Assembly: GCA_016235455.1 (NCBI GenBank)
Contig: JACRKZ010000087.1
Coordinates: forward strand, 1 to 49,402
Direction: 5' to 3'
Length of the DNA stretch: 49,402 nt
Source of the DNA: Armatimonadota bacterium
GTDB taxonomy: Bacteria > Armatimonadota > UBA10988
Positions 1-8,449 of the stretch are shown here, piece after piece (the first letter of the stretch is position 1; each line of letters begins with the position of its first letter). The position numbers and the translations under genes were made by a program. The notes under the pieces were generated by a model. That model had not been told where the DNA came from. It was given only the letters and a program-made list of their open reading frames with translations, and ran no database searches.

Positions 1-1307
1 TCCTTGAGGCTGGTACCGTCGTGGTGCGCCTTCTTGGCCACCTTGGCCGCGTTGTCGTAGCCGATGTGCGGGTTGAGCGCGGTGACCAGCATCAGGCTGT
101 TGCTCAGGTGAGCCTGGATCTGCGCGTGGTTGGGCTCGATGCCCTCGGCGCAGTGGCGGCGGAAGGCGTCGCAGGCGTCGCTCAGCAGGCGCACCGACTG
201 CAGCACGTTCCAGATGATCACCGGCTTGAACACGTTCAGCTCGAAGTTGCCAGTCGCGCCGCCGATGTTGACCGAGACGTCGTTGCCAATGACCTGGGCG
301 CAGACCATGGTCATGGCTTCGGACTGGGTCGGGTTGACCTTGCCCGGCATGATGGAGCTGCCCGGCTCGTTCTCGGGGATGGTGATCTCGCCGATGCCGC
401 AGCGCGGGCCGCTGGCCAGCCAGCGCACGTCGTTGGCGATCTTCATCAGCGAGCAGGCCAGCGTCTTGAGCACGCCGTGGAACTCCACCAGCGCGTCGTG
501 CGCGGCCAGCGACTCGTACTTGTTGGGCGCGCTGACGAACGGCAGGCCGGTCAGCTCGGCGATGCAGGCGGCCGAGCGCTCGGGGAACTCGATGTGGGTG
601 TTGAGCCCGGTGCCTACGGCGGTGCCGCCCAGGGCCAGCTCATAGATGCCCGGCAGCACGCGCTCGATGCGCGCCAGGCCGTTGGACAGCTGCTGCGCCC
701 AGCCCGAGATCTCCTGGCCGAGGGTGATCGGCGTGGCGTCCATGAGGTGCGTGCGGCCGATCTTGGTGATGCCCATGAACCCCGCGCTCTTGGCGGCCAA
801 GGTGTCGCGCAGCGCGGCCAGCTTGGGGATCAGGTTGTCGACCGTGACCCGCGCGGCGGCGATGTGCATGGCCGTGGGGAAGGTGTCGTTGCTGCTCTGG
901 CCGCGGTTGACGTGGTCGTTGGGGTGGACCGGCTTCTTGGAGCCCATCTCGCCGCCGGCCATCTCGATGGCGCGGTTGCTGATGACCTCGTTGGCGTTCA
1001 TGTTGCTCTGCGTGCCCGAGCCCGTCTGCCACACGCTGAGCGGGAAGTGCTCGTCGAGCTGGCCCGAGATGACCTCGTCGGCGGCGGCGACCACCAGGTC
1101 GGCGATGTCGCCGGGCAGCAGGCCCAGATCGCGGTTGACCAGCGCGGCCGCCTTCTTGAGGATGCCCATGCCGTAGATGATCTCACGCGGCATGGTCTCG
1201 GTGCCGATGGGGAAGTGGTATAGGCTGCGCTCGGACTGAGCGCCCCAGTAGCGGTCGGCGCGCACTTCGATGGCGCCCATGCTGTCGGTTTCGATGCGGG
1301 TCTGCAT
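1..1307 (-). CDS. fumC: Class II fumarate hydratase (partial, 3' end runs off the window)
   Basis: Not in the ORF track because no stop codon is in the window. Manual translation from ATG at 1307: [28 protein letters not shown]. Contains [20 protein letters not shown] and the signature [13 protein letters not shown]. Confidence 0.97.
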   Translation of the reverse strand, partial: MQTRIETDSMGAIEVRADRYWGAQSERSLYHFPIGTETMPREIIYGMGILKKAAALVNRDLGLLPGDIADLVVAAADEVISGQLDEHFPLSVWQTGSGTQSNMNANEVISNRAIEMAGGEMGSKKPVHPNDHVNRGQSSNDTFPTAMHIAAARVTVDNLIPKLAALRDTLAAKSAGFMGITKIGRTHLMDATPITLGQEISGWAQQLSNGLARIERVLPGIYELALGGTAVGTGLNTHIEFPERSAACIAELTGLPFVSAPNKYESLAAHDALVEFHGVLKTLACSLMKIANDVRWLASGPRCGIGEITIPENEPGSSIMPGKVNPTQSEAMTMVCAQVIGNDVSVNIGGATGNFELNVFKPVIIWNVLQSVRLLSDACDAFRRHCAEGIEPNHAQIQAHLSNSLMLVTALNPHIGYDNAAKVAKKAHHDGTSLK

Positions 1308-1552
1308 GATGGACGGTCTCCTCAGGGAAGGCTCGGGTCGGTGGTCGGGGCCGACCTCGGTTGTGGGCTGGCGGGGGCAGTGGTGCGCGGGTGACGACGC
1401 CGACGCAAGGGCGGATTGCTGTCCCAGCCGTGGTACGGCGTTCGCTGGGTGGCCTCAGGCACGTGTGCTGCTCTCCGGCCCTTCGAGACTACCATGAGGT
1501 GCGCGGACCAACAAGCCCGCCCGGAAGGTGTCCGTAACACCAGGACCAAACT

Positions 1553-3523
1553 ATGACCATGCGCGGTGTCTTCAGAGCCTGGTGCGCAGCCCTCCTCTGC
1601 GCCGTCTGCCCAGCGTTGGCCGGTGAGGTCGACCTGGGTGGCACGTCGTTCGAGGTGGGCGCGGGATCGTACTGCCTGCGCGGCGCCGCCGACGAGAGCG
1701 TCGGCGACCGACCGTCGCTCGACCGCGCCAAGCCCGCCGAAGGGGCTGTCTGCGTGCGTTGGCCGGTGCGCCGCGGCGGGTCCACCGCGGCGGTGGAGTG
1801 GCCGCCACGCGACTACGCCGCCGGTCAGCCGGTGCTCATTTCGGTGATGATGCGCTCAGAGCCGGCCGGCCTGCCGGCCGCCTTGTCCGTGCACAGCGCC
1901 CCCGAGGCGGGGCGTGGCGCCTCGTCCGCGGTGATCGCCCAGGCCGGCTACGCCTTGTCCGCCGAGTGGCGCCGCTATGAGTTGACCTGGACGCCCGAGC
2001 CGGGCGCCACGCGCGCCTGGGTGGAGATAGCGCCGGGCGCGGCGGCCACCTCGAGCGTGTGGTGGGTTGACGATCTGCGGTTGGGCCTGGCTGACGGCGA
2101 GCCGGCCGAGGTCAGGCCGGAGTTGGGCGTCTCGCTGGCCGGTGGCGCGCTGCGCTGGGCAGGCCAGGTGGCGCAGTTCCGCGTGCGCCTGCGCAGCCCG
2201 CGCCGTGTGCCCGACGTAGCCTGGAACTGGCGGCTCGAAACCGCCTCGGGCCAGGTCAACCGCCGTTTCGCCGGTCTGCTCACGCTGCACGACGGGCTCG
2301 GCGCGGCAGAGGTGCGCGTCGGCGCGTTGCCGCCGGGCGCCTACCGGCTGGTGGCCGAAGCCTTGGTCGAAGGTCACGCGCTGGCGGCGGCGGACAGCGT
2401 GGTCCTCGTTGAGCCGCAGCTGGGTGAGCTGCCGCGCTGGGGTGGGGTCGAGGGGGTCAGCGCGCTGGGCGCGGTGCCGGAACTGGTCTTGCTGCGGCTG
2501 GGCCGCCTGCGCGGCGCCGTGGGCAGCGACGCACCGCCGACCACGGGTGCATTCCGAGCCAAGCTGCTGACTTCGGCCCGCCATGAGGGCATCGACACGT
2601 TGGGCTACTGGCCGGCTGACGAGCAGGCGCTGGCGGCCTGGTCGCGGTTGGTCAACTGGTGGGAGCCGCCGGCCGGCGAGCTGTGGCGATCGGTGGCCGA
2701 GGATGGCGACCGGCTGCGGGCGCGCCACAAAGCGCTGCGCGGTCTGGGCCGGCTGTGCGGCGTGCGGCTGGACGCCCGCTCGGACACACTGACCGCGCTG
2801 GGCGACATCGCCGAGGAGGGCCTGTTGTCATGCACCGAGGCGCTCGCGGTGCAGGCCGCGCCGGGCGCGCCGGAACCGGTGGCTGACCTGCCGTGGCAAG
2901 GCCTGCGCGCACGGGCCGAGGGCAAGCCGCTGTGGCTGCTGCTGGCCGGCCAGCCGGCGGAGCCCTGGAACGCGGTCGGCGAAGGCGATCCGATGGGCGC
3001 GTCGGCACGGCGGCAGGCCGCCTGGCTGGCCCGGGGCATTCTGCTCGCTCGCGCGGCGGGCGTCGATGGTGTGTGGTACCCCGGCGCGCCGACGGGTCTG
3101 GGCGCGGAGCGGCTGACCATGGCGCAGCGAGGCGTCGGCGCGGATCTCATCGACGAGTGCGGCCGCCCGCAGCCGGCGGTGGCGGCGATGTGCTGGGCAC
3201 TCGACGCGATGCGCGGCCGGCGCGCCGACCGGCCGGTCGAAGCACCGGCAGGTGTGCGGCTGCAGCTCTATGCGGGCCGGCGCCCGCTCCTCGCCGCGTG
3301 GTGCACAGAGCCGGGCGCCACCGCCGAACTGCGGCTGGGCCTGGGCGAAGAGCGGGTGGAGGTGCGCGACGTGGGCGGCACGCCGATCAGTCTGCCCGCC
3401 GGTGAACTGCGTGTGCCGTTCGGCGAGTCGCCGGTCTACATCGAGCCGCGCGGCGGCAGCCTGACGGCGTTCGCCGGGCTGGCCGCCAGCGCCACGGTGA
3501 CGCTGGGCGGTGGCGGTCGCTGA
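1553..3523 (+). CDS. Secreted hypothetical protein: CBM4/9-like domain plus a degenerate clan GH-A (GH39-like) barrel
   Basis: 656-aa ORF with an N-terminal signal peptide (ALA-G). CBM-like 'LSAEWRRYELTW..DDLRL'. GH39-like C-terminal 'RQAAWLARGILLARAAGVDGVWY'. Confidence 0.55.
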   Translation: MTMRGVFRAWCAALLCAVCPALAGEVDLGGTSFEVGAGSYCLRGAADESVGDRPSLDRAKPAEGAVCVRWPVRRGGSTAAVEWPPRDYAAGQPVLISVMMRSEPAGLPAALSVHSAPEAGRGASSAVIAQAGYALSAEWRRYELTWTPEPGATRAWVEIAPGAAATSSVWWVDDLRLGLADGEPAEVRPELGVSLAGGALRWAGQVAQFRVRLRSPRRVPDVAWNWRLETASGQVNRRFAGLLTLHDGLGAAEVRVGALPPGAYRLVAEALVEGHALAAADSVVLVEPQLGELPRWGGVEGVSALGAVPELVLLRLGRLRGAVGSDAPPTTGAFRAKLLTSARHEGIDTLGYWPADEQALAAWSRLVNWWEPPAGELWRSVAEDGDRLRARHKALRGLGRLCGVRLDARSDTLTALGDIAEEGLLSCTEALAVQAAPGAPEPVADLPWQGLRARAEGKPLWLLLAGQPAEPWNAVGEGDPMGASARRQAAWLARGILLARAAGVDGVWYPGAPTGLGAERLTMAQRGVGADLIDECGRPQPAVAAMCWALDAMRGRRADRPVEAPAGVRLQLYAGRRPLLAAWCTEPGATAELRLGLGEERVEVRDVGGTPISLPAGELRVPFGESPVYIEPRGGSLTAFAGLAASATVTLGGGGR

Positions 3524-3533
3524 CGAAGCGCAT

Positions 3534-3562
3534 TTGACAGAAGGTGCCAACGCTCGTACAAT
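3534..3562 (+). promoter_or_regulatory. sigma70-type promoter of the rpoZ-dnaJ operon
   Basis: TTGACA (3534-3539), 17 bp, TACAAT (3557-3562). GGAGG RBS precedes ATG 3601. Confidence 0.85.
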
Positions 3563-3600
3563 ACCGGCTTGCCGAGCCACATTGAGCCCGGGAGGTGCTG

Positions 3601-3912
3601 ATGCGCAAGAAGTCCGACTTCGAGCTGATTGAGAGTCAGGGCGGCAAGTACGCCCTGGTGCTTGGTGTCACCAAGCGGGCCAGGCAGCTCAACGACGGCG
3701 CTCGTCCGCTGGTCGAGCAGAATGCTCTCAACACCGTGGCCACGGCCATTGACGAACTGGCCCAAGGCCGTACCAAGATTCTACCGCCGCCGGTAGCCAC
3801 ACGGCCGTCCCCGTTGCGGGCGCTGCCTATCGAAGCGCTCGAAGCGCTGGACATGCCGGCTGTGGAGGCCGATGCCAGCGAGGCGAGCGACGGCGATGCC
3901 CAGCAGTCCTGA
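3601..3912 (+). CDS. rpoZ: RNA polymerase omega subunit
   Basis: GKYALVLGVTKRARQL..GARPLV....NTVATAIDELAQG motif, acidic tail, GGAGG RBS. Confidence 0.9.
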   Translation: MRKKSDFELIESQGGKYALVLGVTKRARQLNDGARPLVEQNALNTVATAIDELAQGRTKILPPPVATRPSPLRALPIEALEALDMPAVEADASEASDGDAQQS

Positions 3913-5047
3913 CTACTACGAGCTTCTCGGCGTCTCGCGCGAGGCTGATGCCTCGGAGATCAAGAAGGCTTTCCGCACGCTGGCACGCCAGTACCATCCC
4001 GACGTGACCGGCGGCGACGCCGAGGCCACGGAGCGGTTCAAGGCCATCGGCGAGGCCTACGCCGTGCTGAGCGACCCCGCCAAGCGCGCCGAATACGACC
4101 GCTACGGTCGCGTGGCCGACGGCGACTACATGTCCAACGCCGTCTTCGACGACGACATGTTCGGCGATCTCGGCGCCATCTTCCAGGGCCTGTTCGGCGG
4201 TGCCATGGGCGGGTTTGGCGGCGGCCAGCGCAGCCGGCCCGGCGGGCCGCAGCCCGGCCAGTCGCTGATGATGGAAGTCTCGCTGACCCTCGAGGACGTC
4301 GCGCGCGGCGTCGAGCGCGAGGTCAGCTACCCACGCCAGACCTCCTGCTCCTCGTGTTTCGGCACCGGTGCGGCCGAGGGCAGCCGGCGCGAGCGCTGCA
4401 GTTCATGCAACGGCCAGGGCCAGGTGCATCAGACGCGCCGCACGTTGTTCGGCTACACCAGCATGTTGACCGTGTGCCCGACCTGCCAAGGTGAAGGCGA
4501 AGTGGTCGGCACGCCGTGCAGCTCGTGCCGGGGCAAGGGTCGGGTGCAGGAGTCGGTCACCGAGACGGTCAAGATCCCCGCCGGTGTCGATGACGGCATG
4601 CGCGTGCGCGTGCGCGGCGGCGGCGACAAGGGCGTGCACGGCGGGCCGGATGGCGATCTGGTGCTCCAAGTCTCGGTGCAGCGCCATGAGCGATTCCGCC
4701 GCGACGGCCGTGACCTGCTCTGTGAGCAGACCATCTCCTTCGCGCAGGCCGCGCTGGGCGACACCATGACGGTGCCGGGCATCCTTGAGGACCAGACCCT
4801 GACCGTGGCGGCGGGTACGCAGACGGGCAAGGTGTTGCGCATCGCCGGTGCCGGCCTGCCCGATCCGCGCGACGGTTCGTTGCGCGGCGACCAGTTTGTG
4901 CAAGTCCGCGTGGTCACGCCGACCAAGCTCTCGGGCGAGGAGAAGGAACTGCTGTTCCGCTTCGCCCGACTGCGCGGCGAACACCCCACCGAGCCCGAAG
5001 AAAAGGGCTTCTTCAACCGCATCGTGGATAAATTGACAGGCAGGTGA
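3896..5047 (+). CDS. dnaJ: Chaperone DnaJ
   Basis: J domain DYYELLGV..YHPD, G/F-rich region, four CxxCxGxG repeats and the C-terminal domain. Start at 3896 (MPSSPDYY) overlaps the end of rpoZ. Confidence 0.96.
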   Translation: MPSSPDYYELLGVSREADASEIKKAFRTLARQYHPDVTGGDAEATERFKAIGEAYAVLSDPAKRAEYDRYGRVADGDYMSNAVFDDDMFGDLGAIFQGLFGGAMGGFGGGQRSRPGGPQPGQSLMMEVSLTLEDVARGVEREVSYPRQTSCSSCFGTGAAEGSRRERCSSCNGQGQVHQTRRTLFGYTSMLTVCPTCQGEGEVVGTPCSSCRGKGRVQESVTETVKIPAGVDDGMRVRVRGGGDKGVHGGPDGDLVLQVSVQRHERFRRDGRDLLCEQTISFAQAALGDTMTVPGILEDQTLTVAAGTQTGKVLRIAGAGLPDPRDGSLRGDQFVQVRVVTPTKLSGEEKELLFRFARLRGEHPTEPEEKGFFNRIVDKLTGR

Positions 5048-5050
5048 CCC

Positions 5051-5362
5051 ATGCCGGATTTCAAGCTCGTGCGCCTCGTGCGCACGCCGTCGTCCGAGGT
5101 CTACCTGATCTGGGATGAGCAGACCCGTCTAGGGCAGGTCGACCTGCACTACGCCGACGGCCTGGTCCACGGCACCGTCATCCTCGAGAAGCAGGTCGAG
5201 CGCGAGCAGATCGAAGCGCTCATCGGTCAACTGGACGAGGACATCGTCTCCAGCTACCTGCCCGATTTCGAGCGCGAGGACTTCTTCGTCAACGTCTTCA
5301 CCGGCGAGGAGATCCTCTCCTACTCGGACAACGACGACGACGAGACCGAGGACGAGCACTAA
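5051..5362 (+). CDS. Small acidic hypothetical protein
   Basis: 103-aa ORF starting 3 bp after the dnaJ stop, with typical high-GC3 codons and an acidic C-terminus. Confidence 0.8.
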   Translation: MPDFKLVRLVRTPSSEVYLIWDEQTRLGQVDLHYADGLVHGTVILEKQVEREQIEALIGQLDEDIVSSYLPDFEREDFFVNVFTGEEILSYSDNDDDETEDEH

Positions 5363-5368
5363 GCCCGA

Positions 5369-5432
5369 AGCACGAAACGGTGTCAGGGACCGATTTCATC
5401 GATGAAATCGGTCCCTGACACCGTTTCGTGCT
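5369..5432. repeat. Perfect 64-bp palindrome (REP/REPIN-like element, copy 1), probably also a bidirectional terminator
   Basis: AGCACGAAACGGTGTCAGGGACCGATTTCATC|GATGAAATCGGTCCCTGACACCGTTTCGTGCT: 32-bp arms with no spacer, lying between convergent genes. Confidence 0.9.
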
Positions 5433-5444
5433 GACTGCGGCCGA

Positions 5445-6056
5445 TCAGGCGATGGCGGCCTGGTACAGCTCGTCGACCTTGCTCCAGTTGACCACGCTCC
5501 ACCACGCTTCGACGTACTTGGGGCGCAGGTTCTGGTAGTGCAGGTAGTAGGCGTGCTCCCAGACATCGCAGGTGAGCACCGGCTTGTCGCCCTGGCTCAG
5601 CGGGCTGTCCTGGTTGAGCGAGCTGTAGACTTCGAGTTCGCCATTGCGCACCACGAGCCAGCCCCAGCCACTGCCGAACTGGTTGACCGAGGCGGCACTC
5701 ATGACTTCCTTGAAGGCCTCGAACCCGCCCCACTTGGCTTTGATGGCGTCACCGATCTTGCCGCCGGGCTCGCCACCGCCCTTGGGGCCAATGGTCAGCC
5801 AGTACAGCTCATGGTTGGCATGGCCGCCGCCATGGTTGCGCACCGCGGTGCGGATGTCCTCGGGCACGGCGCTCAGGTCGGAGAGCAACTGCTCGACCGA
5901 CTTGGTCGCCAATTCGGGATGCTTGGCCACGGCGTCGGACAGGCGCGTGGCGTAGGTCACATGGTGCTTGTCGTGGTGGATCTCCACCGTGCGAGCGTCG
6001 ATGTACGGCTCCAGCGCGTCGTAGGCGAACGCCAGGGGCGATACCGTGTAAGCCAT
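5445..6056 (-). CDS. sodA: Superoxide dismutase, Fe/Mn family (Mn-type residues)
   Basis: YDALEPYID..HHDKHH, NHGGGHANH, FGSGWGWL, NQDSP and DVWEHAYY motifs. Start MAYTV at 6056. Confidence 0.95.
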   Translation of the reverse strand: MAYTVSPLAFAYDALEPYIDARTVEIHHDKHHVTYATRLSDAVAKHPELATKSVEQLLSDLSAVPEDIRTAVRNHGGGHANHELYWLTIGPKGGGEPGGKIGDAIKAKWGGFEAFKEVMSAASVNQFGSGWGWLVVRNGELEVYSSLNQDSPLSQGDKPVLTCDVWEHAYYLHYQNLRPKYVEAWWSVVNWSKVDELYQAAIA

Positions 6057-6175
6057 TGTCTTCCCACCTCTCGGTTGTCGATACACTGAGTATGCCGCGC
6101 GCCCGCGAGATGGTCAGCACCATTTGCTTGACGACTCGCCGCCGGACGGGAACACTGTCGGACACGAGGTGTGTC

Positions 6176-8449
6176 ATGGCGGTCGGCGTCGAGTTGGTGG
6201 ACGGTGGTGTGGGTCTGACCTACGAAGGTCGGCCGCTGGCACTGCTGGATGATCTGGCCGTGACGCTGTGGGGCGAGCGCCACAGCGTTGCACGTGGCGG
6301 CCTGGACGCGCGGGAACCGGTCACCGCCGGCCGCGAAGACGCGCTCGGCCCGCATACGCTGTGGCATCGTGTCTACACCACGCATTCGCTGTGCCACCCA
6401 GCCACGTTCGAGCTGCACCTGCGGCTCTATGCCCGGCTGGCCGTCATCGAACTGGTGCCGGTCGGCGTGGGCGCGGTGTTCGGCCAGGAAGAGGCAGCCA
6501 GCGTACGCATCGGGCAACTGCCCGACTGCCGGCGCGGCCTGTTTGTGCATCAGCGGGTCACCGAGTACGGGCGTGACGCCGTCGGCGCGTGGTGGGCGCA
6601 GGCCCAGTGGCTACCCGATCCGACGCGCGGCAACGCCTGGGACTGGGGCCTATGTGCCGCGGCCCGGCGCGACGATGGCCTCTGTGTGGCGCTGGTGCCC
6701 CTGTGCGGTGGCGGCGCCGTGTCGCGGCTGCGTGGCGACGATCCGGGCCTGAGCGCGGTAGCCTCGGGCTTCTGCGGGCGCCATGCCTATGCGCGTCTCC
6801 CGCTGGCCGTGCTCGCCGTGGGCGAGGGCATCGGCGACGCGCTCGACTCGGCGATGACGGCGGCGGTCAGGCTCAGTGATGGCCGGCTTCTGGCGCGGGG
6901 CGAAAAGGGCTTTCCCGAGCCCTACGAGTGGCTCGGCTACGACACCTGGGGTGCGTTTGGCGCCAAGGCCGACGAGCGCTCGGTCGATGCCGCTCTGGCC
7001 AGTCTGCGCAGCGAACAGGTGCCCGTGCGCTGGCTGTTGCTCGGCGAGGGCTGGCAGCAGGCCGACGCCAAGCGCCGGCTGAGCGGCTACGACACCGACG
7101 CCGAGCGCTTTCCCGCCGGGCTGCGGACCACCGTGCAGCGCCTGGCCGGCAACCATGGCCTGCGGCATATCGGCGCCTGGGTTGCCGCCCAAGGCTGCTG
7201 GAGCGGGCTCGACCCGGCCCTGCCGGTGGTGGCGGAGCGGCGGGCCCGGTTCGTCACCGCGGCCGATGGCTGCCTGCTGGCGTACCCCAGCGAGGAGGGC
7301 CTGCCGTTCTATCGCGAGTGGCTCGACAGCCTGAGCGAGGCGGGCCTCGACTTCGTGAAAGTGGACAACCTGGGCAGCATCCGCCACCACTATCTGGGCC
7401 GCCTGCCCCTGGGTGAGGCCGTGGCGGGCACGCTGAGCACCCTGGAGCGCGCGGCGGCCGCGGCCGGGTTGGACGTCGACCTGGGCATGGCGGTCGATCC
7501 CGCCTGTTGGCCGCACCTGGCCCGCACCAACGTGATGCGCGTGAGCGCTGACCTGCACCCGACCGACGTGCGCGCCGCCAAGCTGCATCTGGCGCACTCG
7601 GCCATGGTCGGCACGTGGCTGTCGCGCGTGGCCTGGCCCGACTATGATGCCGTGCCGACGCAGCATGTGGCGGCGCGCGCGCTGGCCGTAGCGGCCGCGC
7701 TGTCGGGCGGGCCCGTGGCGCTGTGCGACCGGCCCGGCCAGACCGACACCGATCTGGCGCGCCGGCTGGTGCTGGCCGATGGCCGGCTGCTGCCACCGGC
7801 CGAGCCGGGCGTGGTGCCCGACTGCTGGTTCTTCGACGATCCACTGGCGGGCGATGCGCCGCTGGCGCTGCTGGCCCGCCCGTCGGCGCTGCCGCGCGTG
7901 GTGCGCGTGGAGGCCGAGGTCGCGCCCTATCCGCCGCCCGAGTGCCTGTACCTGGGCGTGATGAACGTCCGACTCGACGGTCAGCCGCAGGTGGTCAGCC
8001 TGCACGCGGGCGACCTGCCGTTGCCCGAGGCCGACGACTACGTGGTCAACCTGCACTTCGCCGACGAGCGCTATGTGGTCGGGGGCGACGAGCCCATCGA
8101 GTTGACGTTGCCCGAACTGGGTGCCGAGTTGCTGACCATCGCGCCACTGCGCGGCGGCCGTGCGCTGCTTGGTCTGCCGCACAAGCTGCTCGGTGCCAGC
8201 GGCTGCAACCTGGCCGACGACGGCATGGTCAGCCTGCCCGAGGCCGGGCCGGCGTTACTCTTCGATGAGCACGGCGCCGTGCCCCGCCATGTGGACGGCA
8301 GCGACTACGGCATGGTGGATGACCCTTCGGCGCTGGTGCCGGGCACGGCCTGGCGCAGCGGGCCATGGCTTCTGGTGCTGGCCGACTCAACGCTGTTCAG
8401 CCTCGGACCCATCGAGCCCGAGGCCGAACAGTCGGTCGAGGAGGCCTAG
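6176..8449 (+). CDS. Sip1/raffinose-synthase-type GH36 alpha-galactosidase-like protein
   Basis: WLGYDTWGAF, GEGWQ, DFVKVDN, MRVSAD, WPDYD and LSGGPVALCDRPG motifs. GAGGT RBS before ATG 6176. Confidence 0.8.
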   Translation: MAVGVELVDGGVGLTYEGRPLALLDDLAVTLWGERHSVARGGLDAREPVTAGREDALGPHTLWHRVYTTHSLCHPATFELHLRLYARLAVIELVPVGVGAVFGQEEAASVRIGQLPDCRRGLFVHQRVTEYGRDAVGAWWAQAQWLPDPTRGNAWDWGLCAAARRDDGLCVALVPLCGGGAVSRLRGDDPGLSAVASGFCGRHAYARLPLAVLAVGEGIGDALDSAMTAAVRLSDGRLLARGEKGFPEPYEWLGYDTWGAFGAKADERSVDAALASLRSEQVPVRWLLLGEGWQQADAKRRLSGYDTDAERFPAGLRTTVQRLAGNHGLRHIGAWVAAQGCWSGLDPALPVVAERRARFVTAADGCLLAYPSEEGLPFYREWLDSLSEAGLDFVKVDNLGSIRHHYLGRLPLGEAVAGTLSTLERAAAAAGLDVDLGMAVDPACWPHLARTNVMRVSADLHPTDVRAAKLHLAHSAMVGTWLSRVAWPDYDAVPTQHVAARALAVAAALSGGPVALCDRPGQTDTDLARRLVLADGRLLPPAEPGVVPDCWFFDDPLAGDAPLALLARPSALPRVVRVEAEVAPYPPPECLYLGVMNVRLDGQPQVVSLHAGDLPLPEADDYVVNLHFADERYVVGGDEPIELTLPELGAELLTIAPLRGGRALLGLPHKLLGASGCNLADDGMVSLPEAGPALLFDEHGAVPRHVDGSDYGMVDDPSALVPGTAWRSGPWLLVLADSTLFSLGPIEPEAEQSVEEA

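Noticed and set aside
21-1223. 400-aa plus-strand ORF and many other long antisense or alternate-frame ORFs (e.g. 8365-10416, 28872-31055, 32203-34206, 40859-42616, 42297-44033)
   Set aside because: Shadow ORFs of real genes on the opposite strand or frame, expected at about 70% GC. They show no recognisable motifs.
1494-1556. 20-codon uORF overlapping the start of the 1553 gene (ATGA)
   Set aside because: No RBS and no informative composition, so likely chance.
3524-3600. CIRCE/HrcA operator upstream of dnaJ
   Set aside because: No TTAGCACTC-N9-GAGTGCTAA-like repeat is present.
5369-5432. Palindrome as a protelomerase (telRL-like) site or a CRISPR repeat
   Set aside because: No protelomerase or cas gene and no repeat-spacer periodicity. 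A related dispersed copy fits a REP/REPIN family better.
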